In this document: positions 62,092 through 64,000 of the stretch, piece after piece
How positions within the stretch are numbered: position 1 is the first letter of the stretch
How the letters are laid out: the number at the start of each line of letters is the position of its first letter
Source of the DNA: an uncultured Acidimicrobiaceae bacterium
GTDB lineage: Bacteria; Actinomycetota; Acidimicrobiia; Acidimicrobiales; Bog-793
DNA length: 64,000 bases
NCBI GenBank assembly: GCA_963725215.1
Contig: CAVRXQ010000006.1
Span: 2,469 to 66,468 of the forward strand
Reading direction: 5' to 3'
Made by a program: the position numbers and the translations under genes
Notes under the pieces: generated by a model
Database searches by the model: none
The model's input: only the letters and a program-made list of their open reading frames with translations
What the model was told of the DNA's origin: nothing

Positions 62092-63452
62092 CGCCCGTCG
62101 CGACTAGCCTCCTCGACCTTCGCCGCGTCGTTGTCGTCGGTTTCGCGACGACAGGGCGCGCCGTTGTCTCCGCGCTCAAAGATCGTGGCGTCTCGGTCGT
62201 CGTGATCGACGACTCACCATTGGTCGTCGATAGGGCGCGAATTTCGGCCGGTACGCCGGTCCGCGAGACTCCGGATCGGGACGCGCTCCGTTCGCTCGCC
62301 AAAATCGCCGACCTCGTTGTCGTGAGCCCCGGCGTCCCCCCGAGCCACCCGATCTTCGGGGTGACGGGAGCCGGCAAGCTCGTCTCGGAGATCGAGCTCG
62401 CGTCGCGGATGACGCGTCTTCCGATCGTCGCCGTCACCGGGACGAACGGCAAGACGTCGGTGGTCAACTTGGTGAACGCGATGCTGCGGGCATCCGGGCA
62501 GCGGTCGGTCGCGACAGGAAACATCGGCCTCCCGTTGATCTCAGCGGCGAGGCGAAGCGACCTCGACGTGTTGGTCGCCGAGGTCTCGTCATTCCAGCTC
62601 GCACTGTCGCCGACTTTCCGGCCGAGCGTCGGGACATGGCTGAACTTTGCGCCGAACCATCTCGACTGGCACGCCTCGGCGGGGGAGTACTTGCAGGCGA
62701 AGGCGCAGATCTGGGCGCATCAGCGCGAGCGCGACGTCGCCGTGGCGAACGCCGACGATGAGGCCGTCGCATCGGCAGCCGCGCGCGCGCCGGGCCGTGT
62801 CGTCACCTTTGGTCTCGCAAAGGGCGATTACCGGGTGCAAGGAGACGACATGGTGGCGGCGGACGGAACCGTCGTCGCGCGCGCGAACGACCTCGTGCGC
62901 AACATGCCTCACGACCGGTTGAACGCGCTCGCGGCCTTGGCGACGGCATTCGAGGCCGGGGCCACTCGCGCGGGCGTCCTCGAGGCTCTGCACTCCACCG
63001 CCGCTCCTCCGCACCGTCTGGAATTCGTCGGCACGATCGACGGCGTCTCGTACTACGACGACTCCAAGGCAACGACGCCGGCGGCGGTCGCGGCCGCGCT
63101 CGCGGCGTTCTCTTCGGTAGTCGTGATCCTCGGCGGGAAGAACAAAGGACTCGACCTCGACGAGATCAAGTCCGCGGCGCAAAGGGCCGACTCAGCAGAG
63201 ATCCGCGGCATCGTCGCGATCGGAGAGTCCGCGGAGGAGATCGGTGCGATCTTCTCAGCCGATTACCCGGTCCGCCTCGCCGCATCGATGGGCGATGCGG
63301 TCCGCTCCGCAGACTCTCTCGCCCGCGACGGAGACGCGGTCTTGCTGTCGCCGGGTTGTGCGTCCTTCGACTGGTACTCGTCGTACGAGGCGCGTGGAGA
63401 GGACTTCAAGAGCGAGGTGCACCTTCTCGCCGAGGAGAAGATCCGACGATGA
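62088..63452 (+). CDS. murD: UDP-MurNAc-Ala:D-Glu ligase
   Basis: VSPGVP, SEIE, TGTNGKT, GNIG, EVSSFQL, NHLDWH, HRLE, DDSKAT, LLSPGCASFD. Confidence 0.95.
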   Translation: MTPVATSLLDLRRVVVVGFATTGRAVVSALKDRGVSVVVIDDSPLVVDRARISAGTPVRETPDRDALRSLAKIADLVVVSPGVPPSHPIFGVTGAGKLVSEIELASRMTRLPIVAVTGTNGKTSVVNLVNAMLRASGQRSVATGNIGLPLISAARRSDLDVLVAEVSSFQLALSPTFRPSVGTWLNFAPNHLDWHASAGEYLQAKAQIWAHQRERDVAVANADDEAVASAAARAPGRVVTFGLAKGDYRVQGDDMVAADGTVVARANDLVRNMPHDRLNALAALATAFEAGATRAGVLEALHSTAAPPHRLEFVGTIDGVSYYDDSKATTPAAVAAALAAFSSVVVILGGKNKGLDLDEIKSAAQRADSAEIRGIVAIGESAEEIGAIFSADYPVRLAASMGDAVRSADSLARDGDAVLLSPGCASFDWYSSYEARGEDFKSEVHLLAEEKIRR

Positions 63453-64000
63453 CGGTGACCACGGGAACGCTCGAGCGCCGCGGGCGCCCAGCGCTACGCC
63501 GGGAGCGCGCGGCGCGCCTTCGCGTCGTCCCCGACGGCCAACGGGTACGCGCTGCGGCGGTGCGCGGCGCTCCGAGTAGGGACGCGGTTGCTCTCAGCGG
63601 GCTCGTCGCCGCGTTCTGCGTCTTCGGCTTGGTGATGGTCCTTTCTTCCTCGTCGGTCTCTTCGATCGCCACCTACGGATCTCCGTGGTCGATCGTCGAA
63701 CGCCAGGGACTTTGGAGCGTCGTCGGCGCGATCGCCTTCGTCGTGACGGCGAGGATGGGTCTTCAGTTCTGGCGACGCGTCGCGGTGCCGTTGCTCGTCA
63801 CGACCGGGGTGATGCTGCTGGCGGTGCTCGTTCGCGGGGTCGGATCGGTTGCCGGTGGCTCCTCGCGCTGGATCGGCTTTGGGATGCTTCGGGTCCAACC
63901 GTCCGAGATCGCGAAGCTGGCGGCGGTGATCTTTGTCTCGGACCTCATCGGAAGACGTTCGAAAGGGACCGGAGAGCCGGTCGACGTCGTGCGACCCGTC
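63449..64000 (+). CDS. ftsW: Cell division SEDS protein FtsW (partial, runs off window end)
   Basis: From ATG 63449: ...GLVMVLSSS...RQ...GGSSRWIGFGMLRVQPSEIAKLA. Confidence 0.92.
   Translation, partial: MTVTTGTLERRGRPALRRERAARLRVVPDGQRVRAAAVRGAPSRDAVALSGLVAAFCVFGLVMVLSSSSVSSIATYGSPWSIVERQGLWSVVGAIAFVVTARMGLQFWRRVAVPLLVTTGVMLLAVLVRGVGSVAGGSSRWIGFGMLRVQPSEIAKLAAVIFVSDLIGRRSKGTGEPVDVVRPV

Overview
High-GC actinobacterial chromosome segment; gene content and order suggest Acidimicrobiia, which is an inference. About 66 real genes; most other ORFs in the track are high-GC shadow frames. Left to right: (1) DUF4232-like secreted protein, rhodanese-MoeB (MoeZ), M20 amidohydrolase, acyl-CoA carboxylase alpha divergent from birA. 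(2) A cell-envelope sugar locus (rfbB, rfbD, WbbL-like GT2, NDP-mannose synthase, epimerase, two GT4, Rmd/Gmd-like SDR, giant GT2-membrane protein, DUF5719-like protein) with F420 genes cofD/cofE embedded. (3) ftsH and a CAAX protease, PMM, Trm112, SIS isomerase, ahcY, miaA, dapF, hflX, dapD, dapE and a Na/Ca-exchanger-family protein. (4) lexA divergent from LysM-nrdR-PIG-L-dinB, with four SOS boxes. (5) A ~15.4 kb anaerobic-energy block at 40083-55517: a group 3b [NiFe]-hydrogenase operon with a stand-alone cNMP protein, maturation protease, divergent HypC, EamA transporter and DUF6390, divergent across DosR-like boxes from a 2-oxoacid oxidoreductase whose delta subunit appears fused around a GltD-type flavoprotein, then a three-gene Pnt transhydrogenase. 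(6) The dcw cluster mraZ-rsmH-ftsL-ftsI-murE-mraY-murD-ftsW (partial), with no murF. Main anomalies: rsmH is frameshifted in a G-run and preceded by an 18-bp anti-RBS RNA helix, miaA has no canonical start codon, and RfbB (D to C) and DapF (C to S) carry catalytic-site substitutions. No tRNA, rRNA, CRISPR array or transposase was recognised. All family names come from recalled motifs, not database searches.
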